The notes: a model not told the origin generated them from the sequence alone. Positions 9,875 through 20,410 are shown, counted from the stretch's first letter. The stretch: DNA of 64,000 bases from Candidatus Latescibacterota bacterium (GCA_965116885.1 OZ220741.1:704001-768000); one strand, 5' to 3'. Numbers and translations: made by a program.

Positions 9875-11071
9875 ATGCCTGTAATACTCACCATCAACGC
9901 CGGCAGTTCTTCCATCAAATACCAATGCTTCGACATGCACAGCGAAGAATGTCTCGCAAAAGGATATGTCGAACGGCTGCTCTCTTCATCCGCAGAATTG
10001 TTTTACACGCGGCGGGATGGCGTCACCCATCAAATCCCAGTACCTCAAACCGATCGGGAAGCCGTATTTCAACGCATCTTCGAAATCCTTCTCCATCCAG
10101 AAAAGGGAATCCTCCGCACACCCGATGAGATCCACGCAGTCGGACACCGCGTTGTACACGGCGGGAGCCACTTCTCGGCCTCCACCCGGATCACGCCCGA
10201 AATCGAAAAAACAATCGAACAGTGCGCCCCCCTTGCCCCACTACACAACCCCTTCAACCTGCGCGGAATTCGCGCCTGCCAGACCATACTACCCCACATC
10301 CCACATGTCGCGGTATTCGACACCGCATTCCACCAGACCATCCCGGACTACGCCCACACTTATGCCCTGCCCCACGCGATATCCGAACAGTACCAAATCC
10401 GACAATACGGCTTTCACGGCATATCGCATCAATACGTCGCCATGCGTACAGCGGAAATTCTCAGCTCGCCTTTGAAAACACTAAAACTGATCACCTGCCA
10501 TCTGGGCAACGGCTGTAGCATCACCGCCATCGAAAATGGAAAATCAATCGACACCAGCATGGGTTTCACGCCCCTTCAGGGACTCGTAATGGGAACGCGC
10601 AGCGGAGACATCGACCCGGCGATCATCCTCTACCTGATCAGAGAACACCAGATGACACCCGATCAAATCGACCAGATGCTCAACCATCAAAGCGGTCTCA
10701 TCGGCGTATCTGGAATCGGATCAGACCTCAGAGATCTAATCGCCGTCCATGAGAAAAATCGGCGTGCGGCACTGGCAATCGACATCTTCTGCTACCGCAT
10801 CCGCCAGTACATCGGAAAATACGCGGCGGTACTCGACGGAATAGACGCGCTTGTATTCACCGCCGGAATAGGGGAAAACGCGCCACTCATACGGGCGCGC
10901 ATCTGTGAAAAACTCGGATTCCTGGGCGTACATCTCGACCGGACAAAAAACGAGGGCAACCCCATGAACGAAGCAATTCATCATGAGACCGCCCCGGTAT
11001 CCGTACTCGTCATCCCCACCAACGAAGAACTGATGATCGCACGCGATACGCTACATGTGATTAAGAACTAA
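9875..11071 (+). CDS. ackA: Acetate kinase
   Basis: INAGSSSIKY, GHRVVHGG, APLHNP, FDTAFHQT, YGFHGISH, CHLGNG, TSMGFTPLQGLVMGTRSGDIDP, FTAGIGEN, PTNEE. Confidence 0.97.
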   Translation: MPVILTINAGSSSIKYQCFDMHSEECLAKGYVERLLSSSAELFYTRRDGVTHQIPVPQTDREAVFQRIFEILLHPEKGILRTPDEIHAVGHRVVHGGSHFSASTRITPEIEKTIEQCAPLAPLHNPFNLRGIRACQTILPHIPHVAVFDTAFHQTIPDYAHTYALPHAISEQYQIRQYGFHGISHQYVAMRTAEILSSPLKTLKLITCHLGNGCSITAIENGKSIDTSMGFTPLQGLVMGTRSGDIDPAIILYLIREHQMTPDQIDQMLNHQSGLIGVSGIGSDLRDLIAVHEKNRRAALAIDIFCYRIRQYIGKYAAVLDGIDALVFTAGIGENAPLIRARICEKLGFLGVHLDRTKNEGNPMNEAIHHETAPVSVLVIPTNEELMIARDTLHVIKN

Positions 11072-11081
11072 CACACAGCCT

Positions 11082-11945
11082 TCAATCCACCGGGATGCGG
11101 TAGGAACTGCGACTGATATTCTCGTGGTCGGATGAACGGGCAACCCTGAGCGCGTGCTCGGTCAGTGGAAGGAAGGAATGGGTCTCGGCGTGCAGGGAGA
11201 TAAAGCCTTCTGCGTACGCGCAACGCCCTGCGCTGCCGAATGCGCCGTCGCTGGTCTCGATCCGTTTTCGGGCATAGGCACCGCCGTATCCCTGGCTCAC
11301 CAGGCAGTCCAGCGCCGCCAGCTTTTTTTCCACGACATCGGTGATGTCGATAAAGACATCGTTGTAGTAGCCCCCCTCGGAATCCCAAACCTGCCGGGGA
11401 ATCCCCGCACCGCCGCCTCCAAAATAAAAGACCTGCGCGACCCGGTGAGGGGGATTTCGGTCACCGGGGTCAACGCTGTTGGCCAGCCCGATGGCGTGCA
11501 TCACGATCTGCCCGGCGGTGGCGTGCGCGTTGGTCAGGCCGTCACCTTCTTTGGGAAAATGGGTCAGGACGATATCGGGACGAACCTCTCGCAGCAACCT
11601 TGCCAGGCGCCTCACCGTCTCGTCCTTGACGAGCAGAACCGAATCATCGGCGCCAAAAAAGTAGATCTCTTCTACACCCAGAATCGCACAGGCCGCGCGA
11701 ACCTCTGCCGCTTTGACGTCGGAGCGTTCCTGCATCATCTCCAGAAGCTCGGCCCCGTCCGGCACTTCCTCGCGGTGAAACATCCCGTCGCTAATCACGG
11801 CATCGTGTACCCGTGCGCCATGGGTCAGCACCGCACACCTCACATCGTCGCCGCGGCTGACGTGATGGGCCATAGTACCGCCCGATTGGTCGAAGATATC
11901 GGCCGGATGCGCCCCGATAGAGAGCAGGCGTAGTGATTCTGTCAT
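11082..11945 (-). CDS. PIG-L/LmbE family metalloenzyme (AHPAD variant; deacetylase or GalB-like hydratase)
   Basis: SIGAHPAD..GGT, LTHG, RPDIVLTH, FIDITDVVEKKLAALDC..SQ, YAEGF. Confidence 0.85.
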   Translation of the reverse strand: MTESLRLLSIGAHPADIFDQSGGTMAHHVSRGDDVRCAVLTHGARVHDAVISDGMFHREEVPDGAELLEMMQERSDVKAAEVRAACAILGVEEIYFFGADDSVLLVKDETVRRLARLLREVRPDIVLTHFPKEGDGLTNAHATAGQIVMHAIGLANSVDPGDRNPPHRVAQVFYFGGGGAGIPRQVWDSEGGYYNDVFIDITDVVEKKLAALDCLVSQGYGGAYARKRIETSDGAFGSAGRCAYAEGFISLHAETHSFLPLTEHALRVARSSDHENISRSSYRIPVD

Positions 11946-12724
11946 CCTTCAGTCCCCCCACCTGGATTGGCGCGTAAGGTTTCGAGATTTTGGGTCAGGA
12001 CCTGCGTGCCATAAGCGAGAATATTGCCAACATTCATAAAGCGATAGCCCCAGCGAAGTTTTTCCTGGATCTCGGAGAGATCCACAAGCGTAGTGCCAGC
12101 GACAATGCCGGACCCTTCCAGCCGTCCTGGAACATCCCGCATAATCTCCTGGACTTCCCTGGCGCTGGTTTCGGTAATTTTTCCGACCGATGCGGACAGG
12201 TCAAGCGGCCCCACGAGCAGAACGTCAATGCCTGCGACCTGCTTGATTTCATCGATATTGTCATATGCCTCCTGGCTCTCGACCTGGAGGATCAATACGG
12301 TCTCTGCATTCGCAGTTTTGATCACGTGGTTCCAGTCTTCGCCGGCTATGCGGGCCCACATGGGGGAAAGCCCGCGCTGTCCCTCAGGGGGGTAACGGGC
12401 ATATTGCACTGCCCGGGCAGCTTCTTCGGCGGTATTGACCTGGGGCACCATCACGGCCACGGCGCCGACATCAAAGGCCTTCTTGATCAGAGCCGGGTCG
12501 TTCCACGCCACGCGGATCATCGGCGCCACGCCGCTCTGCCTGGCAAGAACGGGAATGGCGTCCAGAGATTCAGTGGCGAACGGGGCGTGTTCCGTATCGA
12601 TCCAGAGAAAGTCTGGCCGGGCCTGCACGATAGTTCCAAGGACGAGAGATGAGGGGACCGGCAGGGAGGTCCCCAGCACGATTTCGCCCTTTCTGAGCTT
12701 CTGTTTAAGTGGATTGGGATACAT
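11942..12724 (-). CDS. HpcH/HpaI class II aldolase family protein
   Basis: NPLKQKL, WIDTEH, IKKAFDVGA..VMVPQV, YPPEGQRG, QVES, GPLDLS. Confidence 0.92.
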   Translation of the reverse strand: MYPNPLKQKLRKGEIVLGTSLPVPSSLVLGTIVQARPDFLWIDTEHAPFATESLDAIPVLARQSGVAPMIRVAWNDPALIKKAFDVGAVAVMVPQVNTAEEAARAVQYARYPPEGQRGLSPMWARIAGEDWNHVIKTANAETVLILQVESQEAYDNIDEIKQVAGIDVLLVGPLDLSASVGKITETSAREVQEIMRDVPGRLEGSGIVAGTTLVDLSEIQEKLRWGYRFMNVGNILAYGTQVLTQNLETLRANPGGGTEG

Positions 12725-12733
12725 TCGTTCTCC

Positions 12734-13573
12734 TTACTTGCGTTCCCATCGACTGGGATTGATGCCAGGCGCGTGACTGGCCATGTCGGGCGGTTTGTTG
12801 CCCCCTTCGGGGATCCAGTGGCGGGTATTGCGGTCGCCGAAAAAGGGTCTCACGGCATCGGGCAGCGCGGCAACAGCCTGCGGATCCCACGCTTCAACTT
12901 TTTGAACAGGACCGGCCCAGGCCGGGCGGTAAGCAATGGCCAGCATCGAGCGGGGCCAGTCGCCGACATTGGGGAAATTGCCGTGGAAGACCTTGTGGTT
13001 AATAAACATCGCAGAACCGGCTTTTGCGGTGACCATAACTTCCTCTGGATGGGACTCAAAGCGCTGGTAGGGATTGCCGTCTGCGTGCATGGAAAGGTGC
13101 GATCGGGGAATGACGCGGAATGGAGAGACCTCCCGGGTCAGGTCGTCCAGATAATACAACACCCGGACCATGACCGGTACGCTACCCAGATAACCAAAGA
13201 TGCGCGAACCATAGGGTTGGCCGTCCGTATGGAGGCTGATGCCGGGATGCCCCGGCTCTGAACGGGCATAGCCGTAATGCGACAGGATGATGTCCTCCCC
13301 CAGGAGTTCCCTCAGAAAAGCGACCGTCGGGGGATGGGCGATAAGGTCGGTGATCTCACCGCCGAAGAACTGGATGTCACTCCGTCCCCTCTGATGGATA
13401 CTGTAATCCACCGGAGTGGTTTCCAGACTATCGGTTATCGCCTTGAGCCGGGCCAGATGCTCGGGCGTCAACAGATCGGGAATCAGAAGATAGCCCTCGA
13501 CCTCAATCTGGCGAATGCGCTCGCCCGGAGTCAGGGCGGACCAGTCGCGGTCATCGATACGTGGCGCAGACAT
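12734..13573 (-). CDS. PhyH family Fe/2OG dioxygenase
   Basis: EGYLLIPDLL, LHTD (HxD), RVIPRSH, KAGSAMFINHKVFHG, R..L.IAY. Confidence 0.88.
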   Translation of the reverse strand: MSAPRIDDRDWSALTPGERIRQIEVEGYLLIPDLLTPEHLARLKAITDSLETTPVDYSIHQRGRSDIQFFGGEITDLIAHPPTVAFLRELLGEDIILSHYGYARSEPGHPGISLHTDGQPYGSRIFGYLGSVPVMVRVLYYLDDLTREVSPFRVIPRSHLSMHADGNPYQRFESHPEEVMVTAKAGSAMFINHKVFHGNFPNVGDWPRSMLAIAYRPAWAGPVQKVEAWDPQAVAALPDAVRPFFGDRNTRHWIPEGGNKPPDMASHAPGINPSRWERK

Positions 13574-13867
13574 ATTGCCTCCCTTGTGGTTTCCGAAAAA
13601 ACAATATAAGGTCTGTACTGCTTCCTACAAGCGGAATATTGTTCCATGCGGTTCATCTCTCTCAACCCATTCGCAATTTTTTGGCTTGTTCTTTATCAAA
13701 CAGCCCGTAAGACCCAACAGCTTTAGCGTTGGGTCGCATGGCGAAGGGCTTACGAATTTATGGTGTGGTGCTTTAGCACGGTGGCACATTGCACAAGGCA
13801 ATGTGGGCGGTGGAGCGATGTACAAGTGCGCCAGCACTTCATCAACGAGATTTATTCCATATTCCAC

Positions 13868-13896
13868 TTGACACAAATAGCACATAAATGTATATT
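13868..13896 (+). promoter_or_regulatory. Sigma70-type promoter of tnpB
   Basis: TTGACA (13868-13873), 17 nt spacer, TATATT (13891-13896); ATG at 13903. Confidence 0.75.
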
Positions 13897-13902
13897 TTTA
13901 TT

Positions 13903-15027
13903 ATGGTTAAGTCATTCAAATACAGATTGCGTCCAACCAAAAAGCAAGAACAAATCTTGCTTGCGCATATTGACGAATGTCGTATTCTCTATAACCAACT
14001 ACTCTGTGCCAGAATACAAGCATGGAAAAATGAGAATAAATCTCTCTCTCAATATGACCAGACCAAAACAATACCATTGCTGAAACAACAGCACGTTGCT
14101 TTCAAGCAAGTGTATAGTCAGGTATTGCAACAAGTATTACAGAGAGTAGATTGGGCATTCAAAGCGTTCTTTCGCCGTCTCAAAGAGAAGTCAAAGACAG
14201 GCGAAAAGGCAGGCTTTCCCAGATACAAGGGACAGAATCGCTATGATTCGATTACCTATCCTCAGTTTGCCAATGGATGTCGATTGGCCGACAAGGGTTT
14301 GCGACTTGGCAGTATTGGTTGCATTCGCATTGTCCAGCACAGGCCACTTGCGGGTATCCCTAAGTCTTGCACAATCACGCGCACGGCGACGGGCAAATGG
14401 TTTGCGTCTATCTCTTGTGAGATATGCGAACCAATACCTTGCAAGGAAGATCGTCCGCCTGTTGGTATTGACGTGGGTCTCAATTCCTTTGCTGTGACCA
14501 GTGACGGACAGAAAATAGAGAATCAGAGATTCTTTCGCAAAGAGGAAAAGGCTCTTGCCAAAGCACAGCGCAAATGGGACGCGGTGAAAAAAAGACCCAA
14601 GACCGACCCCACAAGAGAAAAGCGTCGTAAAGTCATTGCCAAAGTGCATGAGCGTATCCGTAATAAGCGACATAACTTTGCACACCAAGAATCAAGAAAA
14701 ATGGTCAATCGTCACGGATTCATAGCCGTCGAGAAATTGGACGTTAAAGAGATGCAAAAGAACAGACGGTTGGCTAAATCAATATCAGACGTAGCCTGGT
14801 CCCTGTTTCGGCACTGTCTCAAATACAAAGCGGAAGAAGCTGGTATTGGATTCAAAGCCGTCAAACCTGAATACACCTCACAAGATTGCTCAGCATGTGG
14901 ACATAGAGAGAAAAAACCACTTTCTGAGCGTGTGCATCATTGCAAAAAGTGTGGCTATAAGACAGACAGAGACCACAATGCTGCGATAAACATATTGACG
15001 TTGGGGCTACAACGTCAGGCGGATTGA
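13903..15027 (+). CDS. tnpB: TnpB RNA-guided endonuclease
   Basis: KSFKYRLRPTKKQ HTH start, GFPRYK, RuvC-I VGIDVG, RuvC-II IAVEKL, YTSQDCSACG...CKKCG Zn finger, RuvC-III DRDHNAAINI; all three acidic residues present. Confidence 0.96.
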   Translation: MVKSFKYRLRPTKKQEQILLAHIDECRILYNQLLCARIQAWKNENKSLSQYDQTKTIPLLKQQHVAFKQVYSQVLQQVLQRVDWAFKAFFRRLKEKSKTGEKAGFPRYKGQNRYDSITYPQFANGCRLADKGLRLGSIGCIRIVQHRPLAGIPKSCTITRTATGKWFASISCEICEPIPCKEDRPPVGIDVGLNSFAVTSDGQKIENQRFFRKEEKALAKAQRKWDAVKKRPKTDPTREKRRKVIAKVHERIRNKRHNFAHQESRKMVNRHGFIAVEKLDVKEMQKNRRLAKSISDVAWSLFRHCLKYKAEEAGIGFKAVKPEYTSQDCSACGHREKKPLSERVHHCKKCGYKTDRDHNAAINILTLGLQRQAD

Positions 15028-15095
15028 CCGCCAAGAAGCCCACTCGCAGAGAGCTTTAGCGTTGGGAGTAGTCACAGTATAATTATATCCCAATA
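14900..15095 (+). ncRNA. Predicted omegaRNA/reRNA of TnpB (5' boundary approximate); guide = flank AGTATAATTATATCCCAATA
   Basis: Inferred from established TnpB biology: the scaffold overlaps the tnpB 3' end and right end, and the guide is the sequence after TCAC (15075). Confidence 0.5.
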
Positions 15096-15123
15096 AAATT
15101 CCCCAACATAAACGGAGCGTCAC

Positions 15124-16212
15124 ATGATAGACAAAATCCACCTCTTTGAAGGTCGGACAAACGGGTATCACATCTACCGCGTACCGGGCATTCTCTGCAC
15201 GCAAAACAACATCCTCCTCGCCACGGCAGAGGCGCGACGCGGCAGAGGCGGCGATTGGGACGGCAATGACGTGCTTATGCGGCGCAGCGCAGACGATGGT
15301 CAGACCTGGGACTCGCCCACCGTTGTCGCTCGTTGCGACACGTATGGCGAAGGTCCCATCAGCAATTTCGTCATGATCTCCGACCGCAAAGACGGCGCAG
15401 TACACGCCCTCTACTGTCACAACTACGCCCGCGTATTTTACATGCAAAGCAAAGACGACGGCGCCACATGGTCCGACCCCACTGAAATCACAGATGTACT
15501 CACACCCTTCCGCGAACAATATCCCTGGCGCGTCATCGCCACTGGACCCGGGCACGGCATTCAACTTCAAAACGGACGCCTCATCGTACCCATCTGGATG
15601 TCGGACGGCGGCGGCACGGAATTTGGCCCGGGCAAACTCGGGCATCGCCCCTCCACAGTCTCGGGCATCTACAGCGACGACCACGCACAAACATGGAAGC
15701 GCAGTGACATTATCGTGCGCACAGAAGGCGAATACATCAACCCCAGCGAAACACTCCCCGTTGAACGCAACGACGGGCGCGTCTTATTCAACATCCGCAC
15801 GGAATCCAAACGCCATCGCCGCCTCATCACCACCAGCCCCGATGGCGCGACCAACTGGTCAGAACTAAAATTTGACGACGCCCTGCTCGAACCCGTGTGC
15901 ATGGGCAGCATCCTCAAACTCCAAAACGGCAACATCATTTTTGCCAACCCCGACAACCTCGAACGCGAATTTACCAGACCGGGCCGCGTCTCTTATGACC
16001 GCAAACGCCTCACCGTCAAAATGAGCACCGACGACTGCCAGACCTGGCCCATCTCCAAAATCCTCGAACCGGGACCCTCGAGTTATTCCGACCTCGCCCA
16101 AACAGCCGATGGCACAATATGCTGCATATACGAAAACCAGGTCTTCACGCGACAGAACGACACGCGATACGTCACCGTCGCCCGCTTTGACCTCGAATGG
16201 CTGGAACAGTAA
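15124..16212 (+). CDS. Sialidase/neuraminidase family (BNR/Asp-box beta-propeller)
   Basis: YRVP motif and Asp boxes [45 protein letters not shown]. Confidence 0.9.
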   Translation: MIDKIHLFEGRTNGYHIYRVPGILCTQNNILLATAEARRGRGGDWDGNDVLMRRSADDGQTWDSPTVVARCDTYGEGPISNFVMISDRKDGAVHALYCHNYARVFYMQSKDDGATWSDPTEITDVLTPFREQYPWRVIATGPGHGIQLQNGRLIVPIWMSDGGGTEFGPGKLGHRPSTVSGIYSDDHAQTWKRSDIIVRTEGEYINPSETLPVERNDGRVLFNIRTESKRHRRLITTSPDGATNWSELKFDDALLEPVCMGSILKLQNGNIIFANPDNLEREFTRPGRVSYDRKRLTVKMSTDDCQTWPISKILEPGPSSYSDLAQTADGTICCIYENQVFTRQNDTRYVTVARFDLEWLEQ

Positions 16213-16226
16213 AAAGAAAGGAAAAA

Positions 16227-17846
16227 ATGGATACCTACGAACACCGCGAAATGATCCCCCTCGGAGAAGATGAAACCCCCTACCAGTTGCTCACAACTGA
16301 TTATATCTCAACGGGGCAATTTGAGGGCTGGGAAATCCTCAAAGTCGAACCCGAGGGCCTCACCATGCTGGCGGACCGCGCCATACGAGACAGCGCGCAC
16401 CTGCTCCGCCCTGCACACCTGAAACAACTGACCAAAATACTCGACGACCCCGAAGCCTCGGACAACGACCGCTTTGTCGCCATTGAAATGCTCAAAAATG
16501 CCAACATCGCCGCAGGCGGCGTCCTCCCCATGTGTCAGGACACGGGCACAGCCATTATCATGGGCAAAAAGGGCAATCGCGTGTGGACCGACGGCAGCGA
16601 CGAAGCAGCGCTCGCACACGGCATAACCAGAGCCTTTCTGGAAACAAACCTGCGCTACAGCCAACTGGCGCCACTCGACATGTTTCAGGAGGCAAATACA
16701 AAAACCAACCTCCCCGCACAAATCGAGATCTATTCCGAGCAAGGGGCTACATACAAATTCATGTTCATGGCCAAAGGCGGTGGCTCCGCCAACAAAAGCC
16801 TGCTCTATCAAGAAACCCGAGCACTGCTCAATCCCGAACGCCTGCGCGACTTCATCGACCAGCGCCTGCGCGAACTCGGCACAGCCGCCTGCCCGCCCTA
16901 TCACCTCGCCCTTGTCATTGGCGGTACATCCGCAGAATACACCCTCAAAACCGCCAAACTCGCGAGTGCCAAATATCTCGACACCTTGCCCACGCAAGGC
17001 AATGAATACGGCCAGGCATTCCGCGATCTCGAAATGGAAAAACAAGTTCTGGAAATGAGCCATGAACTCGGCATCGGCGCGCAATTTGGCGGCAAATACT
17101 TCTGCCACGACGTGCGCGTTATTCGCCTGCCTCGACACGGCGCATCGTGCCCCGTCGGCATTGCCGTATCCTGCTCTGCCGACCGACAAATTCTGGGAAA
17201 AATAACGCGCGAAGGCATCTTCCTCGAAGAACTGGAAAGCGACCCGGCAAAATACCTCCCCGAAGTCGATGAAGAAGCCCTCAGCGGCGACGTCGTAAAA
17301 ATCGACCTCAACCAGCCCATGGACAAAGTGCGCGAAACCCTCAGCAAATATCCGGTCAGTACGCGCCTATCCCTCTCCGGACCCATGGTCGTCGCACGCG
17401 ATATTGCCCACGCCAAACTCCAGGAGCGCATAGACAGCGGCGAAGGGCTTCCGCAATACTTCAAGAACCTGTGCGTCTATTACGCGGGACCCGCCAAAAC
17501 ACCCGAAGGATACGCCTCCGGCTCATTTGGTCCCACCACCGCAGGGCGCATGGACAGCTACGTCGATTCATTCCAATCAGAAGGCGGCAGCATGATCATG
17601 CTCGCCAAAGGCAATCGCTCGCGGCAAGTAACAGAAGCGTGCAAAAAACACGGCGGATTTTACCTCGGCTCTATCGGCGGTCCCGCCGCCCGCCTCGCCA
17701 AAGACGCCATACGCAAAGTCGAATGCCAGGAATATCCCGAACTCGGCATGGAAGCGATATGGCGCATCGAAGTCGAAAACTTTCCCGCATTCATCGTCGT
17801 TGACGACAAAGGCAACGACTTTTTCTCGGGCTTTATGCGTCCATAG
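16227..17846 (+). CDS. fumA: Class I fumarate hydratase (Fe-S)
   Basis: [65 protein letters not shown]. Confidence 0.96.
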   Translation: MDTYEHREMIPLGEDETPYQLLTTDYISTGQFEGWEILKVEPEGLTMLADRAIRDSAHLLRPAHLKQLTKILDDPEASDNDRFVAIEMLKNANIAAGGVLPMCQDTGTAIIMGKKGNRVWTDGSDEAALAHGITRAFLETNLRYSQLAPLDMFQEANTKTNLPAQIEIYSEQGATYKFMFMAKGGGSANKSLLYQETRALLNPERLRDFIDQRLRELGTAACPPYHLALVIGGTSAEYTLKTAKLASAKYLDTLPTQGNEYGQAFRDLEMEKQVLEMSHELGIGAQFGGKYFCHDVRVIRLPRHGASCPVGIAVSCSADRQILGKITREGIFLEELESDPAKYLPEVDEEALSGDVVKIDLNQPMDKVRETLSKYPVSTRLSLSGPMVVARDIAHAKLQERIDSGEGLPQYFKNLCVYYAGPAKTPEGYASGSFGPTTAGRMDSYVDSFQSEGGSMIMLAKGNRSRQVTEACKKHGGFYLGSIGGPAARLAKDAIRKVECQEYPELGMEAIWRIEVENFPAFIVVDDKGNDFFSGFMRP

Positions 17847-17857
17847 AGGAGCAACAC

Positions 17858-18670
17858 ATGCGATATGCAAACATAGGCGGCGTCAGTGTCTCGGGCCTCT
17901 GTATTGGCGGCAACCCATTCAGCGGGTTTTCGCACCAGACCAGAGAACGCAGCAAAGAAATGACCGATTATTACACGCCCAGCCGCATCAAAGACACCTG
18001 GCGACAGGCAGAAGAACTCGGCATCAACACCTTCTTTGGGCGCACCGACGACCACATCATGGGCCTCCTCGAAGAATACTGGGATGAAGGCGGCAGCATC
18101 CAGTGGTTTGCACAGGTCTGCATCGAACGCGGCAAACCCGATGCCTGGCGCAAATGGCTCAGCGCATCCATCGAACTGGGCGCAAGCGGCACCTATATCC
18201 ACGGCGGCGTGGTCGATAACTGGTACGCCACAGAACAGTGGGACAATTTTTACGAAGCACTCGACACCATGTCCAATGCGGGTGTCGCATCTGGATTTGC
18301 AGCCCATCAGCCCGCGGCACACGAGTGGGTGCGCGACAACCTGGACCCCGATTTCCAGATGTGCAGTTATTACAATCCCACGGACCGCTCTCGCAGCGCG
18401 CATCACAGTGACGAAGGCGAAAAATGGGACGAAGAAGACCGCGCCAAAATGCTCGACGTCATCGCCACCATCCCCTGTCCCGTCGTACACTACAAAGTCT
18501 TTGCAGGCGGCAACAAACCCATCCTCGAAGCCTTTGAAACCATGGGCAAAGCCATGCGCGAAAACGACGTAGCCCTCGTCGGCTTCTTCCTCAAAGACAA
18601 CCCCGACATGATGCGAGAAGACATCGCGCTCTTTGAAGAATATGTTGAGGGTGTAGCTGTTCCCGCATAA
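17858..18670 (+). CDS. Aldo/keto reductase-like TIM-barrel protein
   Basis: IGGVSVSGLCIGGNPFSGFSH, A.ELGINTF, YKVFAGG; AGGAG RBS. Confidence 0.65.
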   Translation: MRYANIGGVSVSGLCIGGNPFSGFSHQTRERSKEMTDYYTPSRIKDTWRQAEELGINTFFGRTDDHIMGLLEEYWDEGGSIQWFAQVCIERGKPDAWRKWLSASIELGASGTYIHGGVVDNWYATEQWDNFYEALDTMSNAGVASGFAAHQPAAHEWVRDNLDPDFQMCSYYNPTDRSRSAHHSDEGEKWDEEDRAKMLDVIATIPCPVVHYKVFAGGNKPILEAFETMGKAMRENDVALVGFFLKDNPDMMREDIALFEEYVEGVAVPA

Positions 18671-18684
18671 AAAATAAAATATCC

Positions 18685-19599
18685 ATGAACTTCCCTATCC
18701 TCACACACGCCCAGCGCATCGACAGATTAGCACCACCAGCTAATAAAGTGCGCGTAGTAATCGACACGGACACGTATAACGAAGTCGATGATCAATTCGC
18801 CGTAGCGCACGCGCTCTTATCGCCCGAGAAAATCGCGGTCGAAGCCATCTATGCCGCGCCTTTTCACAACCAGCGCTCCAGCGGACCGAGCGACGGCATG
18901 GAACGAAGCTATGACGAAATCCTCCGCCTCCTCAACCGCTTAAATATCTCCGACAACAACCTCGTATTCCGCGGCTCCACAAACTATCTCACGGGACCAG
19001 ACACACCGCAAGACAACGACGCCGTGCACGACCTCATCGACAGAGCCAGGGCATCTGATGATCCGCTCTACGTCGCCGCCATCGGCGCCATCACCAACGT
19101 AGCCTCCGCCATCCTCCTCGAACCCGAAATCATCACACGCATCGTCGTCGTCTGGCTCGGCGGACACGAACACAGTTGGGCAAACACCCTTGAATTTAAC
19201 CTGCGACAAGACATCCTCGCCGCGCGCATCATCTTCGACAGCGGCGTACCCCTCGTCCAGATCCCCTGTCGCAATGTCGCCTCTCACCTCCTCACCACAT
19301 TGCCCGAACTCGAAACCCATGTGGCGGGCAAAAGCGCCATAGGCGACTTCCTCACCGAAACCGTACGCGGCTATCACAAAGACCACTACGCCTGGGCAAA
19401 AGAAATTTGGGACCTCTCAGCCACCGCTTATCTCGTCAACCCAAACTGGGTCACAACCCAACTGGTACACAGCCCCATACTCACCGATCAAATAACCTGG
19501 AGCCATGACCCGAGTCGGCATTTCATGCGCGTAGCCACACACCTCAACCGCAACGCCATCTTCGCTGACGTATTCAGAAAACTGGAAAGATCAGGTTAA
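18685..19599 (+). CDS. Inosine/uridine-preferring nucleoside hydrolase family
   Basis: VIDTDTYNEVDDQFA Ca-binding motif, GAITNVASA, WLGG, EFNL.QD, IWD. Confidence 0.9.
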   Translation: MNFPILTHAQRIDRLAPPANKVRVVIDTDTYNEVDDQFAVAHALLSPEKIAVEAIYAAPFHNQRSSGPSDGMERSYDEILRLLNRLNISDNNLVFRGSTNYLTGPDTPQDNDAVHDLIDRARASDDPLYVAAIGAITNVASAILLEPEIITRIVVVWLGGHEHSWANTLEFNLRQDILAARIIFDSGVPLVQIPCRNVASHLLTTLPELETHVAGKSAIGDFLTETVRGYHKDHYAWAKEIWDLSATAYLVNPNWVTTQLVHSPILTDQITWSHDPSRHFMRVATHLNRNAIFADVFRKLERSG

Positions 19600-19640
19600 A
19601 CAGTACTATTCATCACACACCTCAACACAAGGAGTTTTAC

Positions 19641-20390
19641 ATGAGTGCAGCACTGGATTACGGAGTCCAAAGTTTTTGCTTTCGCTACTTCAAAGACAAC
19701 GCCGACGTCGCCCAAAAAGTAAAAGACATCGGCCTCGACAAAATCGAAGTCTGCCAGGCCCACGCCGACTTCAAAAACCCCGACGCCTGGAAAGACATCG
19801 TCAAAACCTACAACGACGCGGGCGTATCCGTCATCTCCATCGGCGTACAAACCTTCACGGGCGACCCCGCTGAAAAATCCTACTTTGAATGCGCCGCCAT
19901 TGCCGGCGCCAAACACATCTCCTGCCATTTTCAGCTCGAATCCTATCCCAAAGCCATCACACAGGTACGCGCATGGTGTCGGGCATACGGCATACGCGTG
20001 GGCATTCACTGCCACGGCGGATATCACTTTGGCGGCCAACCCGGCGTACTCAAACACCTCATCGGCCTCGGCGCGCCCGAAATTGGCCTGTGCATCGACA
20101 CAGCCTGGGCCTTGCAAATCGGTCCCCGTCAGGGCAACCCCGTCAAATGGACAGAAGACTTCGCCGGACAAATCTACGGCATCCACTACAAAGACTTCGT
20201 CTTTGACCCCAACGGCCAATGGCACGACACCGTCGTCGGCGAAGGCACGCTCGACCTCCCGGCCTTTGTCGCCGGTCTCGAAAAAAGCGGCTTTGACGGT
20301 ATGGCCGTCATCGAATACGAAGCCGACGTCGAAAACCCCGTACCCGCCCTGATCCGATGTGTCGAAACCATGCGCGCATTGGCAGGCTAA
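19641..20390 (+). CDS. Sugar phosphate isomerase/epimerase (xylose isomerase-like TIM barrel)
   Basis: GVQSFCFR, IHCHG, CIDTAW, HYKD, GEGTLD, IEYE. Confidence 0.88.
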   Translation: MSAALDYGVQSFCFRYFKDNADVAQKVKDIGLDKIEVCQAHADFKNPDAWKDIVKTYNDAGVSVISIGVQTFTGDPAEKSYFECAAIAGAKHISCHFQLESYPKAITQVRAWCRAYGIRVGIHCHGGYHFGGQPGVLKHLIGLGAPEIGLCIDTAWALQIGPRQGNPVKWTEDFAGQIYGIHYKDFVFDPNGQWHDTVVGEGTLDLPAFVAGLEKSGFDGMAVIEYEADVENPVPALIRCVETMRALAG

Positions 20391-20410
20391 TCGCGTCAAT
20401 CTATCAACAA

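Larger units (their letters stand above)
13697..15075 (+). mobile_element. IS200/IS605-family element carrying only tnpB (IS1341-like, non-autonomous)
   Basis: Left end: TTTAT (13692-13696) then hairpin GACCCAAC-agctttagc-GTTGGGTC (13711-13735). Right end: GAAGCCCA...GCTTTAGCGTTGGGAGTAGTCAC ending at TCAC 15075. Both ends share GCTTTAGCGTTGGG. Confidence 0.8.

Noticed and set aside
13625..13885. 86-aa ORF as a functional TnpA
   Set aside because: No intact HUH motif or catalytic Tyr helix, and it runs through the left-end hairpin out of the element; at most a remnant
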